Source: Phyllobates terribilis
Taxonomy: Eukaryota
Reading direction: 5' to 3'
Assembly (NCBI RefSeq): GCF_046119375.1
Contig: NW_027362765.1
Span: 471,262,001 to 471,326,000 of the forward strand
DNA length: 64,000 bases
The position numbers and the translations under genes were made by a program. The notes below the pieces were generated by a model that was given only the letters and a program-made list of their open reading frames with translations, was not told the origin of the DNA and searched no databases. How positions within the stretch are numbered: position 1 is the first letter of the stretch; each line of letters starts with the position of its first letter. This document shows, piece by piece, positions 23,265-35,768 of this stretch.

Positions 23265-24939
23265 TTAAGGAACATCCTTTCCAGGGTAAAGACTTGTGTA
23301 TAAGGTAAAATAAATAACCAAAAACAAAAATACTCCTCCACACCTTGGGCTATGTTCACAAGTAGCATTTTTTATGCGTTTTTGCACGTTTGTATTGCTT
23401 TCAACCGTGACAAATGCATTCACCGGGAAATGTCATTTTAACATTTTACAACCTTATCTGGCCATGTGCTGTGTGACACATGCATATAGTGCTAAAAAGA
23501 CATGGGAACAGCATGGGTAAGACCCCTGGAAGCATCTCTGACACCCAGGTCACTGCCTAAAAGTGTGCCCATCAGAAGTGATCCTTGCCGCATCAGAAGA
23601 TGCAGACTTGCAACTATCCCCGTGCAAGTCCTTGTCCCAGGGCAGTGTTCAATTGTACCTCCCCCATAACTTGCAATACAAGCGCAAGTATGCAGCCTGC
23701 CACCCACCCACCCCCAGGCTGCAATACCATACTGCTAGCTTGCTTGCACTTGAAATTGGGCCTTTTAGGCATGTGGAGGTGGAATCTGGCCACCACGTCA
23801 TGGCTGCGTCGGTAGCCTGGTATTCATACTCAGTCCCCAGCCGCCCGGCGGCCGGGTGTCCACGCTTGGTCCCCAGCCGCCAGGGGGCGGCGGGGTGTCC
23901 ATACTCAGTCCCCAGCCGCCCCGCGGCCGGGTGCCCACACACAGTCCCCAGCCGCGTGGGGGTGTCCGGGTGTCCATAAACGGTCCCCAGTCGCCCCTAT
24001 TTGTCCCGGTGCGCCTTATACACAAGCGTGCATACCAAAACATTACCTGTGCCCTCCCCAGTGCATTTAGTGGGAAGGACAGCCTAACCACAAACACGTG
24101 GACAAGTGAATGTGGCCAGGAATGGTCCATCTCACTGACGCCTTCACACTGGGTTAATATTGTGGAAGCCGGGACACAGTTGGACACTGGGATGCAACAC
24201 GTCCTCCAGACATAGAGGATTGCGGGTCCCGGGTCAATCAGGCTTCAACACAAAGTTCAGAAGGTAGACAGCAGCAGTGGTCGACCTCCTACACAATGAG
24301 TAAATTATTCATGATCATGAGGCCATCCACCTCCTTAGCTTTCTGTTCCTTGGAATGCAAGCGCATGTATGTAGTAGCAGCTAGGCCTGAGGTGGTCAGC
24401 GTTTTGGCGCATATTCTACCTCCTCCGAGGATTGCTGGATGTTTTCCTGCTACTATCCCAGTTCTATGACTCCCGTTAAAAAAAGCTTCAGGTGATGAAT
24501 GATGGATGAGGTGGTGGCAAAGGAGAAAGAGCAGGAGGAACAGGGACCATTCACATCAATATCAGGCCAGCCAACCACACATGTCTTGTAGGATATGTTT
24601 CTGTACCAAAAGGAGCGGTTCAGCTACACAGTTATAAGGCATACAGTGAATGCAATGCCTACCAAAAATTTTGAGGCACTCCAATGCCCCTTGGAAGTGA
24701 CATGGAGGTCAGAGGGCCTTAACTAAACCGTTTTTTCCATTTATAGCAACTGGGTCTCCTGTACACTGTTGGCCTAAGCAGGGAATGGAAGGCTTTCCAA
24801 AAATTATTAGGCACTGCAATGCCCCTTGAAACAGACGTGGATTACAGCGTATTAAAAACCTTCTACCCATTATTGGGGAGTGGGTCTCCCTTAGTGTTCG
24901 CCTATGCATTGAAAAGCAAAAGCTGACAAAAATTAGGAG

Positions 24940-25580
24940 GAAATGCAATGCCCGTTGCAAGAGTCGTGGAGGTTAGAGGTAATTAAAAACAACATGTCAA
25001 TGCCCCTTGGAAGAGCTGTGGAGTTCAGAGTGGTTTAACAAGACGGTTTTAATGCCCCTTAGAAGAGACGTGGAGTTCAGAGTGGTTTAACAAGACAGTT
25101 TTAATGCCCCTTGGAAGAGATGTGGAGGTCACAGTAGCTTAACAAGATGGTTTTAATGCCCCTTGGAAGAGACGTGGAGTTCAGAGTGGTTTAACAAGAC
25201 AGTTTTAATGCCCCTTGGAAGAGTGGTGGAGGTTACAGTGGAATAAAAAGACAATATCAATGCCCAGTGGAAGAGACGTGGAGGTCACAGTAGCTTAACA
25301 AGACGGTTTTAATGCCCCTTGGAAGAGTGGTGGAGGTCACAGTGGAATAAAAAGACAATATCAATGCCCCTTGGAAGAGTGGTGGAGGTTACAGTGGAAT
25401 AAAAAGACAATATCAACGCCCTGTGGAAGAGACGTGGGGGTCACAGTAGCTTAACAAGACGCTTTTAATGCCCCTTGGAAGAGTGGTGGAGGTCGCAGTG
25501 GAATAAAAAGACAATATTAACGACCCTTGGAAGAGACGTGGAGGTCACAGTAGCTTAACAAGACGATTTTAATGCCCCTT
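24940..25580. repeat. 52-bp tandem array (~12 copies) in the hAT 3' subterminal region
   Basis: Unit approximately AATGCCCCTTGGAAGAGACGTGGAGGTCACAGTAGCTTAACAAGACGGTTTT; starts at 25051 and 25103 give a period of 52. Confidence 0.9.
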
Positions 25581-25999
25581 ACAAGAGCCATGCAGTACAG
25601 CATATTAAAAACATTATTCCCATTATTGGGGAGTGGGTCTCCCATAGTCTTTGCCTATGCCTTCCAAGCAAAAGCTGCCAAAAATTAGGAAGGGGGAACT
25701 TGCAATGTCCCTTACAAGAGCCATGCAGTACAGCATATTAAAAACATTCCCATTATTGGGGAGTGGGTCTCCCATAGTCTTTGCCTATGACTTCCAAGCA
25801 AAAGCTGCCACAAATTAGGATAGAGGAACTTGCAATGCTGGCAACATGGACCACGGTTACCCTGGTGGTATAGTGGTCGTGAAGGCTGAGGATAATGAGA
25901 AGAGCAAAAAACAGCCGAAATGAGGAAGCGTATACCCATGTGTGGGTGTGAAGCGATGCATGGGAATACACCTCCCGAAATAACACAGTGGATTTGACT

Positions 26000-26734
26000 T
26001 TATGTTACTCTGTTGTCATTTGGTGGTGATGAGAAGTCTGGCCCAATCCAGCCCTTGTACATTTTGATAAGGGTCAGCTTGTCAGCATTGTCAGTTGACA
26101 GGCGAGTGCGCTTATCAGTTATAATTCCCCCAGCGGCACTAAAAACACGCTCCGATAACACGCTAGCGGCAGGGCAGGCCAGGACCTCCAAGGCATGCAG
26201 AGTGAGTTCATTCCAAGTGTCCAGCTTGGATACCCAATAATTAAAAGGCACAGAGGAATCACGGAGGACGCTGGTACTCCCTCACCATCTTTTGAAAATT
26301 TCCACTCCTTGTGAGAGTACCCTGCGCCTCAGGGCCTGTAAGCTGGGCAGGTCTCAGAAAACTGTCCTAGAACATTGACAGTGTTCCCCTGCCTCTGCTG
26401 GATTGGAGTTGCGTCTCTCTCGCCTGTATGCCTTAGTTGGGCAGCGAACTGTGACCTCTGCCGCTACCGTGTTCAGATGGGAATTTTTTTAATAGTTCTG
26501 CAGCAAGGGCCTTCTGGTACTGCCCCATTTTTGTAGACCTCTCCAACTCAGGAATAAGAGAGTGAAAGTTCTCCTTGTAGAGGGGGTCTAAAAGTGTCAT
26601 CAACCAGTAATGACTGTCACCCAACATTTTGACAATGCGAGGGTCACAGTTAAGGCAGCGTAACATGAAGTCAGCCATGGGTGCCAGACTGGTAACGGGC
26701 AAGACTTCCGTGTCCTCACCAAGATGACGACTGA
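26000..26734 (-). pseudogene. Duplicated C-terminal fragment of the hAT transposase
   Basis: Homologous to 29955-30703 (CPAASVLSERVFS, KRTRLST); cut at the internal TIR; carries a frameshifting microhomology deletion near 26275 and a stop. Confidence 0.9.
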
Positions 26735-28406
26735 TAGTGTTGAGCGATCACTAAAATGCTCGGGTGCTCGAAGCTCGGGCCGAGCTTACCGTGATACTCG
26801 GGTGCTCGACCCGAGCAACGAGCCCAATGTTAGTCTATGAGAGACCCGAGCATTTTTGCGGCAGCACCCCCGGCAGTCTGTAGAAAGCCTAAAAAGTGCC
26901 CAAAACGATAGTGACAGTGCTCAAAAGACATGGGGGCAGCATGGGGATCGCCCCTGGAAGCATTTCTGACCCCCAGGTCACTGCTGTCAACAACGTGGTC
27001 AGAGGTATTAAGCCACTTTTGCGGGCTCACAATAAAACGTTCAAAAACGAAACTGAAACGGTTTTCCTGTGAAATATGTTAAGGAATTTCCTTTCCAGGG
27101 TAAAAACTTGTGTATAAGGTAAAATAAATAACCAAAAACAAAAATACTCCTCCACACCTTGGGCTATGTTCACAAGTAGCATTTTTCATGCGTTTTTGCA
27201 CTTTTGTACTGCTTTCAACCGTGACAAATGCGTTCACCGGGAAATGTCATTTTAACATTTTACAACCTTATCTGGCCATATGCTGTGTGACACATGCATA
27301 CAGTGCTGAAAAGACAAGGGATCAGCATGGGGAAGACCCCTGGAAGCATCTCTGACCCCCAGGTCACTGTCTAAAAGTGTGCCCATCAGAAGTGATCCTT
27401 GCCGCATCAGAAGATGCAGACTTGCAACTATCCCCGTGCAAGTCCTTGTCCCAGGGCAGTGTTCAATTGTACCTCCCCCATTCCTTGCAATGCAAGCGAA
27501 AATATGCAGCCAACCACCCACCCACCCGCAGGCTGCAATACCATACTGCTAGCTTTCACTTGAAATGGGGCCTTTTAGTTTGGAGGAGGCCGAAGCTGGC
27601 CACTACCTCATGGCCGCTTCGGCAGCAAGGTATCCATACTCTGTCCCCAGCCGCCCGGCGGCCGGGTGTCCACGCTCGGTCCCCAGCCGCCAGGTGGCGG
27701 CCAGGTGTCCATACTCGGTCCCCAGCCGCCCTGATTTCTCCTGTCACATTCCCCCACACTTTTCTTAGCCTGGCCTGCTTTAGGGCAGCATTGGACGAGC
27801 CCACCAGAGAACCAGACTCCTCCGGTGGGCCCTGGCTTCTCCATCAGGGGAGTTGAGAGTGCCTAGGTGAGGAGCATGATGATGATGATAGAAGTTAGCA
27901 TCTGCTTTGTTTTCTTGGAATGCAAGCGCATGTATGTAGTAGCGGCTAGGCCTGAGGTGGTCCGCGTTTTGGCGCATATCCTACCTCCTCCGAGGATTGC
28001 TGGATGTTTTCCTGCTACTATCCCAGTTCTATGACTCCCTTTAAAACAAAGTTTCAGGTGATAAATGATGGATGAGGTGGTGGCAAAGGAGAAAGAGCAG
28101 GGGGAACAGGGACCATTCACATCAATATCAGGCCAGTCAACCAGATATGTCTTGTAGGATATGTTTCTGTAACAAAAGGAGCGGTTCGGCTACACAGTTA
28201 TAGGGCATACAGTGAGTGCAATGCCTACCCAAAATTTCGAGGCACTCCAATGCCCCTTGGAAATGACATGGAGGTCAGAGGGCGTTAACTAAACCTTTTT
28301 TTTCGATTTATAGCAACTGGGTCTCCCGTGCACTGTTGGCCTAAGCAGTGAATGGAAGGCTTTCCAAAAATTATGAGGAACTGCAATGCCCCTTACAAGA
28401 GCCATG

Positions 28407-29426
28407 TGTGGCACCCCAGGGGTCTGGTCACCACAGTAATAGAGATATTACGTCGGAGATCAAGTGGGAGGTTTCCTGGTCAGGATCCCTTAAACATGCA
28501 ACATCCTCCTGCCCCAGTCCTGGGAGGGGAGAATTCTGCCCTTATAAACTGGATCTGGGGCGGGGTTGAGTAAGTCAGAGAACAGTCAGAGTCAGAGTGA
28601 GAGCAAGGGAAAGTAACAGCAAGGAGCTCTGTAGGAGCTAGGAGCTAAAGACCAGGGGCTGGAAGCTGAGCAGAGCTCGCCCTGGCAGAAGACAATAGGA
28701 ACCGGACACAGGAGTCCGAAGCTGTGAGGACTTATATATCCAGCAGCAGAAACCAGCCGGCAGGGGATTTCAGGTCCTCTGGCCATAGAAGCCCGGAGGC
28801 TCAGTCACAAGCAAGGGACCAGCACCGCTGTCGTGGAGCGGAGGCTAACAGAAGGCCCCAAGTCACCAGCCATACGGGTGAGCACTACACGGTACACTCA
28901 GGGACGTGGGCTACTTCTACCCGCTTACAGCAAGGTAGCCAGGAAGAGTGCAGACAGACGGGGAGGCCTACAACTCCACCTGGCCAGGGAAACTCCTGCT
29001 TGCTCACAGACTGACCAGGCCTCTTATGCTAGCCAGTACTCCCGGGAGGGTCTACCTTATAATCATCAGTAAAGACCCTGAACTGCACTGCAAAGACTCT
29101 GAGTCGTTCCTGCAGCGCTCGTGCACCATCACCCCCATCATCCACACTCACTGCCCTGAGGCTATACTCCTCCCTTGGGGAGTTATCCCATTCTATGCTG
29201 CGCACACAACACCAGCCTCAGCGGTATGCCTAGCAGCGGTGGTACTCCCTGACCGCAATCCACGGGTGGCGCAGTCGGACAATTAACCTCAAAACCTAAG
29301 AAAGAATGCCACTGGTTTGACCAGCCTGAGCCATGGGACCGGGTCACCGCCACGGAGACTACAGACCCCAGAGACCCGGCACCAGGTATCCCACACACGT
29401 GTACACACGGCCCAGGGGGCGAGTCA
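28407..29426 (-). mobile_element. Solo LTR (probably Gypsy), 1.02 kb
   Basis: TG...CA ends; 4-bp TSD CATG at 28403-06 and 29427-30; the empty site GAGCCATGCAG is seen in neighbouring 133-bp repeat units; termini match the LTR at 45795. Confidence 0.85.
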
Positions 29427-29954
29427 CATGCAGTACAGCATATTACAAACATAAGTCCCATTATTGGGGAGTGGGTGTCCCATAGTATTTGCTTATGCCT
29501 TGCAAGCAAAAGCTGCCAAAAATTAGGACGGAGCAACTTGCAATGCCCCTTACAAGAGCCATGCAGTACAGCATATTACAAACATAAGTCCCATTATTGG
29601 GGAGTGGGTGTCCCATGGTATTTGCTTATGCTTTCCCAGCAAAAGCTGCCAAAAATTAGGACGGAGCAACTTGCTATGCCCCTTACAAGAGCCATGCAGT
29701 ACAACATATTACAAACATAAGTCCCATTATTGGGGAGTGGGTGTCCCATGGTATTTACTTATGCTTTCCCAGCAAAAGCTGCCAAAAATTAGGATGGAGG
29801 AACTTGCAATGCTGGCACCCTGGTGGTATAGTGGTGGTGGAGGCTGAGGAAAAGGAGAAGATTAAACAGCCGAAACGAGGAAGCGTATACCCATGTGTGG
29901 GTGTGAAGCGGTGCATGTGAATACACCTCCCGAAATAACACAGTGGATTTGACT

Positions 29955-32900
29955 TTATGTTACACTGCTGTCATTTGGTGGTGATGAGAAGTCTGGCCCA
30001 ATCCAGCCCTTGTTCATTTTGATAAGGGTCAGCTTGTCAGCGTTGTCAGTTGACAAGCGAGTGCGCTTATCAGTTATAATTTCCCCAGCGGCACTAAAAA
30101 CACGCTCCGATAACACGCTAGCGGCAGGGCAGGCCAAGACCTCCAAGGCGTACAGAGCGAGTTCATTCCAAGTGTCCAGCTTGGATACCCAATAATTAAA
30201 AGGCACAGAGGAATCACGGAGGACGCTGGTACGATCGGCAAGGTACTCCCTCACCATCTTTTGAAACTTTCCACTCCTTGTGAGAGTACCCCGCGCCTCA
30301 GGGCATGTAAGCTGGGCGGGTGTCAGAAAACTGTCCCTGAACGTTGACAGTGTTCCCCTGCCTCTGCTTGATTGGAGTTGCATCTCTCTCGCCTGTACGC
30401 CTTGGTTGGGCAACGAACTGTGACCTCTGCCGCTAGTGTGTTCAGATGGGAATTTTTTTAAAAGTTCTGCAGCAAGGGCCTTCTGGTATTGCCCCATTTT
30501 TGTAGACCTCTCAACCTCAGGAATAAGAGAGTGAAAGTTCTCCTTGTAGCGGGGGTCTACAAGTGTCACCAACCAGTAATGACTGTCACCCAACATTTTG
30601 ACAACGCGAGGGTCACGGTTAAGGCAGCGTAACATAAAGTCAGCCATGCGTGCCAGACTGGTAACGGGCAAGATTTCCGTGTCCTCACCAAGATGACGAC
30701 TGACCATGCTCTCCTCCTCCTCCTCCTCTTCCTCCTCCCCCCTGTCCTCAGGCCACCCACGCTGAACCGACGGTATGACACTTGTACAGGTACTACCGTC
30801 TACAATGCATGATAGCAGCTCCTGTTCTTCCTCCTCCTCCTCCTCCTCCTCTCCCTCATTGTCCCCCAATGCACGTTGGGATGAAATGAGGCTGGGCTGT
30901 GTGTAATCGCCCGCTACGGCTTCTTGATCCATCTCATCATACTCTGGCTGCAATGCCTCCTCTTTAATTCTCTGCAGAGAGCGTTGTAAAAGACAGACAA
31001 GTGGGATGCTGACACTAATGATGGCGTCATCGCCACTCACCATCTTGGTGACCTCCTCAAAGTTTGTCAGGATGGTACATATGTCAGACATCCAGGTCCA
31101 CTCCTGAGGTCTTATGTGTGGAGTCTGACCTGAATATCGACGGCCTTGTTGCAGCTGGTACTCCACAACTGCTCTCTTCTGCTCACAAATCCTTTGCAAC
31201 ATGTAGAGGGTAGAGTTCCAACGCGTGGGGACATCACACACCAGTCAGTGTGCCGGAAGCTGCAAACGCTGCTGCAACACAGCAAGGGCGGCGGAAGCTG
31301 TAGCCGACTTGCGAAAATGAGCTGACAGGCGGCGTACTTTCACGAGCAGATCTGGCAACTCGGGGTATGATTTAAGAAACCGCTGAACCACGAGGTTAAG
31401 CACATGAGCCAGGCATGGTACGTGTGTGATCTCACCTCGCCTCAGAGCCGCCACCAGGTTACGGCCATTGTCACACACGACCATGCCGGGATGTAGGTTC
31501 AGCGGTCTCAGCCACAGATCTGCCTGCTCTTTCACAGCTGTCCACAACTCACAAGCAGTGTGAGGTTTATCACCTAAGCTTATGAGTTTCAGCACAGCCT
31601 GTTGCCGCTTGGCGGAGGCAGTACTGCAATGCTTCCAGCTTGTAACTGATGTGGTGATATCTGAGATGGAGGCTGAACATGAGGAGGAGGAGGAGGATGC
31701 GCAGGAGCTGTACACTGTGGGGGCAACTCTGACTGACATAGGGCCCGCAATCCTCGGTGTGGGGAGGATGTGTTCCGTCCCAAGGTCCGACTGGGTCCCG
31801 GCTTCCACTATGTTTACCCAGTGTGCCGTCAGAGAGATGTACCGTCCCTGGCCACAAGCACTTGTCCACGTGTCCGTTGTCAGGTGGACTCTCCCAGTAA
31901 CTGCGTTGTTGAAGGCACGGCAGATGCTTTGGGACACGTGCTTGTGTAGTGTGGGGATGGCACACCGGGCAAAATAGTGTCGGCTGGGGACCGAGTACCG
32001 AGGGACGGCCACCGCCATAAGATTGCGGAAGGATTCCGTCTCCACCAGCCTAAAAGGCAGCATTTCCAATGCAAGCAGTCGTGAAATGTGCGAATTTAGG
32101 ACTGTGGCCTGTGGGGTGTTAGCTGCGAATTTCCGCTTTCATTCAAAGGTCTGGGATATGGACAATTGAACGCTGCGGTGGGACGTGGACGTGGACGTTG
32201 ATGCTGTTTCTTGAGAAACTGCCATAACAAGTGAAGACTGAGAGGAGGGGGCATCTTTACATGCAGAATGGACAGGGGATTGCCTTGCACACACAACAGG
32301 GGGTTCTATTGCACGCACAACAGTGGAAGAAGCAGTGGTGACACCCGCTGACACTGGTCGTGGACCCTGGGTTTCGCCCCACAAAGTCGGGTGCTTTGCT
32401 GCCATGTGCCTGATCATGCTGGTGGTGGTCAGGCTGGTAGTTTTGTCACCCCTGCTGATGCTGGTATGGCTGGTGGAACATATGGCCTTTTTGGGGTTAT
32501 CAGTAGAGTCTTTAAAAAAATTCCAGACTCTGGAAGACCTACCGCTTGTACTGGCAACGTCCCTCGTGTTGGTGTTACGGGGAACGGTTGCCTGCCTTCT
32601 GTCTGCGGCCACCACACTGCTTCTTCCTGCCTGTTGGGGTACTCTGCCTCCCTCCCCCTGTGTGCTGCTGGCCTCACTCTGCATGTCCTCCTTCCACGTT
32701 GGGTCAGTTACTAGATCATCCACCACCTCCTCCTCTTCCACTTGCGCACCACGATCCTCCTCCTCACTTCCTGGCAATTGTGTCTCGTCATCGTCCACCT
32801 CTTGTGACAGATTGCCAACGTCGACTTCCTGTGGCCGTGGCTGTTGAAATATTTGGGCATCACAACATGGGATCTCCTCTTCCACCACTTCAAGCGTATC

Positions 32901-33320
32901 AGGCGAGGGGCCCAAATATGGAAATGGACCAGTGAACAGCTCTTCAGAGTGTCCAAGTGTGGGATCACTTGCTGTCTGACGACACTCGGCATGGTGGGAG
33001 GAAGGAGCATCAGGGTGAGGAGGAGTATGCGGTCGAGACACACGACTACTAAGAGTTGACCGTGTGGAAGACAGACCGTAGGTGGTGGTGCCCAGGTAAC
33101 TGGAAGTATTGTCTGCTATCCAATTAATAACCTGTTCACACTGATCAGTTCTCAATACTGGTGTTGTTCTGCGCTTCCCTAGTAATTCGGTCAAGAAGTG
33201 GGAGCGAGAAGATGTGGCTGTTGGTTGTGGCACATTTTCACCTTGGCCACGGCCCCGTCCTCTGCACTAACCATCACCAGAACGTCCACTTCCACGTCCC
33301 TTGCCACGCGCCTTGCCCAT
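29955..33320 (-). pseudogene. Ac/ZBED-like hAT transposase, 1122 codons, three in-frame stops, no frameshift
   Basis: ATG at 33320; stops at 33267-69, 32139-41 and 31245-47; motifs VWNFF..AIC (BED finger), HLTTDTWTS, VCDNGRN, CLAH, PTRWNST, SVLSERVFS. Confidence 0.92.
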
Positions 33321-33466
33321 TGTAAATGAAGTAAAATAGCTTACACTTGCACTATCAATGGAAAAAGGGTAATAAAGAGTAGATTAGAACCGTGGAAGAG
33401 GAAAACCACAGTTATTGTTTACTGGGGTATACCACACTTTTTTAAATAGAGATATTTGCGGCTGAA

Positions 33467-34800
33467 CAGTGAGCGACACACTCAAACTGTTTTTTTTTAG
33501 ATACAAATAGACCAAAAGTGGATAATACAGAGGTTTGTACCGTGGAACTGCAAAACCACACTTGTATTTCTCGGGCCTACACCAGACTATTTTCAACAGA
33601 TATATTTGTGTCTGAAAAATCAGGGAGACACTCTTTTTTTTTTTTTTACAGCAAAAAATGCAAAAAGCAGGATAATAGAGATTTTTTACCGTGGAACAGC
33701 AAAAGCACACTTCTGTCTCTCTGGCCTACACCAGACTATTTTCAACAGATATATTTGTGTCTGAAAAATCAGGGAGACACTATTATTATTTTTATACAGC
33801 AAAAAATGCCAAAAACAGGATAATAGAGATGTTTTACCGTGGAACATCAAAACCACAGTAATAATTTACTGGTGTATACCAGGCTTTTTAAAATATATAT
33901 ATATTTGCGGCTGAACAGTGAGCGACACACTCAAACTGTTTTTTTTAGATACAAATGGCCCAAAAGTGGATAATACAGAGGTTTGTACCGTGGAACTGCA
34001 AAACCACACTTGTATTTCTCGGGCCTACACCAGACTATTTTCAACAGATATATTTGTGTCTGAAAAATCAGGGAGACACTATTATTATTTTTATACAGCA
34101 AAAAATGCCAAAAACAGGATAATAGAGATGTTTTACCGTGGAACATCAAAACCACATTAATAATTTACTGGTGTATACCAGGCTTTTTAAAATATATATA
34201 TATTTGCGGCTGAACAGTGAGCGACACACTCAAACTGTTTTTTTTAGATACAAATGGCCCAAAAGTGGATAATACAGAGGTTTGTACCGTGGAACTGCAA
34301 AACCACACTTGTATTTCTCGGGCCTACATCAGACTATTTTCAACAGATATATTTGTGTCTGAAAAATCAGGGAGACACTATTTTTTTTTTTTTTTACAGC
34401 AAAAAATGCAAAAAGCAGGATAATAGAGATTTTTTACCGTGGAACAGCAAAAGCACACTTCTGTCTCTCTGGCCTACACCAGACTATTTTCAACAGATAT
34501 ATTTGTGTCTGAAAAATCAGGGAGACACTATTATTATTTTTATACAGCAAAAAATGCCAAAAACAGGATAATAGAGATGTTTTATCGTGGAACATCAAAA
34601 CCACAGTAATAATTTACTGGTGTATACTAGGCTTTTTAAAATATATATATATTTGTGGCTGAACAGTGAGCGACACACTCAAACTGTTTACTGTTTTTTT
34701 TAGATACAAATGGCCCATAGAACTGCAAAACCACACTTCTATTTCTCTGGCCCACACCAGACTATTTTCAACAGATATATTTGTGTCTGAAAAATCAGAG
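33467..34800. repeat. Higher-order tandem array (~150-bp monomer) upstream of the hAT transposase
   Basis: CAGTGAGCGACACAC recurs at 33467, 33916, 34215 and 34664 (periods 449, 299, 449). Confidence 0.9.
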
Positions 34801-35768
34801 GCACACTTTTTTTTTTTGGCGGGGGGGGACACCAAAAGGTTAATAAGATGGGTATTTGTACATTGTGAAGGAGGAAACAAAAAGAGGATTCAGATAAAAA
34901 AAAGGATTTTTCCTGGCCCCCGGGACCTGGAGCTAAGTCCAGCAATTTCAGCAACAGGAGCAGCACACAGGACTGTAATGCAGCGTTTGCTGGTATAACC
35001 ACTGCGTCTCCTATACAGCCTGCCTGCCTGCCTGCCTGATATACCTGGGATGGATATTAGTCCTGAGAAGGACTGTTTGTTTGATCTGGCAGCCTTTACA
35101 GACCCTACACTAACTATTTTGCAGGATATATCTCTCCCTAAATCAGCAGCGCTGTCCCTACACTGTCTGATCCGGAGCGACTGTGTCCAAGATGGCGGCG
35201 CCTGGTTTTAAATACTCGAGGTGACGCTGTGCGGCCAGCCAATCACTGTAATACCCACAAACAACATGGCTGCGGCATTACAGTGACTGGCTGGCAATCC
35301 CTGCATGTTCATTGGCTCTGTAAAGAGCGCCAAACATGCAGGGCGGAGACCCGAGCTCCCACCCGAGTAACCCGGAAATGCTCGGTGCTCGCCGAACATC
35401 CCGAGTAGCGTGATGCTCGGGCGAGTACCGAGCAGTGTCGAGCATGTTCGCTCAACACTAATACTCACACATTTAATGAGGACATGTCACTGGCTAAAAA
35501 AAAGTTGAGTCATATACAGGTGCTTCGCACAAAATTACAATATCATCAAAAAATTAATTTAATTCAGTTCTTCAATACAAAAAATGAAACTCATATATTA
35601 TATAGAGTCATTACAAACAGAGTGATCTATTTCAGGTGTTTATTTCCGTTAATGTTGATGATTATGGCTTACAGCCAATGAAAACACAAAAGTCATTATC
35701 TCAGTAAATTAGAATAATTAACAAAAAACACCTGCAAAGGCTTCCAACGCGTTTAAAAATGTCCCTTA

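Larger units (their letters stand above)
21678..35460 (-). mobile_element. Compound Ac-type hAT transposon, 13.8 kb (partial copy + full copy)
   Basis: Perfect 13-bp TIRs TAGTGTTGAGCGA (21678) and TCGCTCAACACTA (ends 35460); perfect 8-bp TSD ATACTCAC at 21670-21677 and 35461-35468; a second internal TIR at 26735. Confidence 0.93.
26735..35460 (-). mobile_element. Full TIR-to-TIR hAT copy (inner unit of the compound element)
   Basis: Starts TAGTGTTGAGCGA at 26735 and repeats the sequence of 21678 onward; contains the transposase and ends at the left TIR. Confidence 0.88.

Noticed and set aside
24940-25580. Regular repeat array as a CRISPR locus
   Set aside because: Units are contiguous with no unique spacers, there are no cas genes, and the context is eukaryotic.
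32323-33059. Plus-strand ORFs of 107-174 aa
   Set aside because: Antisense shadows of the hAT transposase reading frame.
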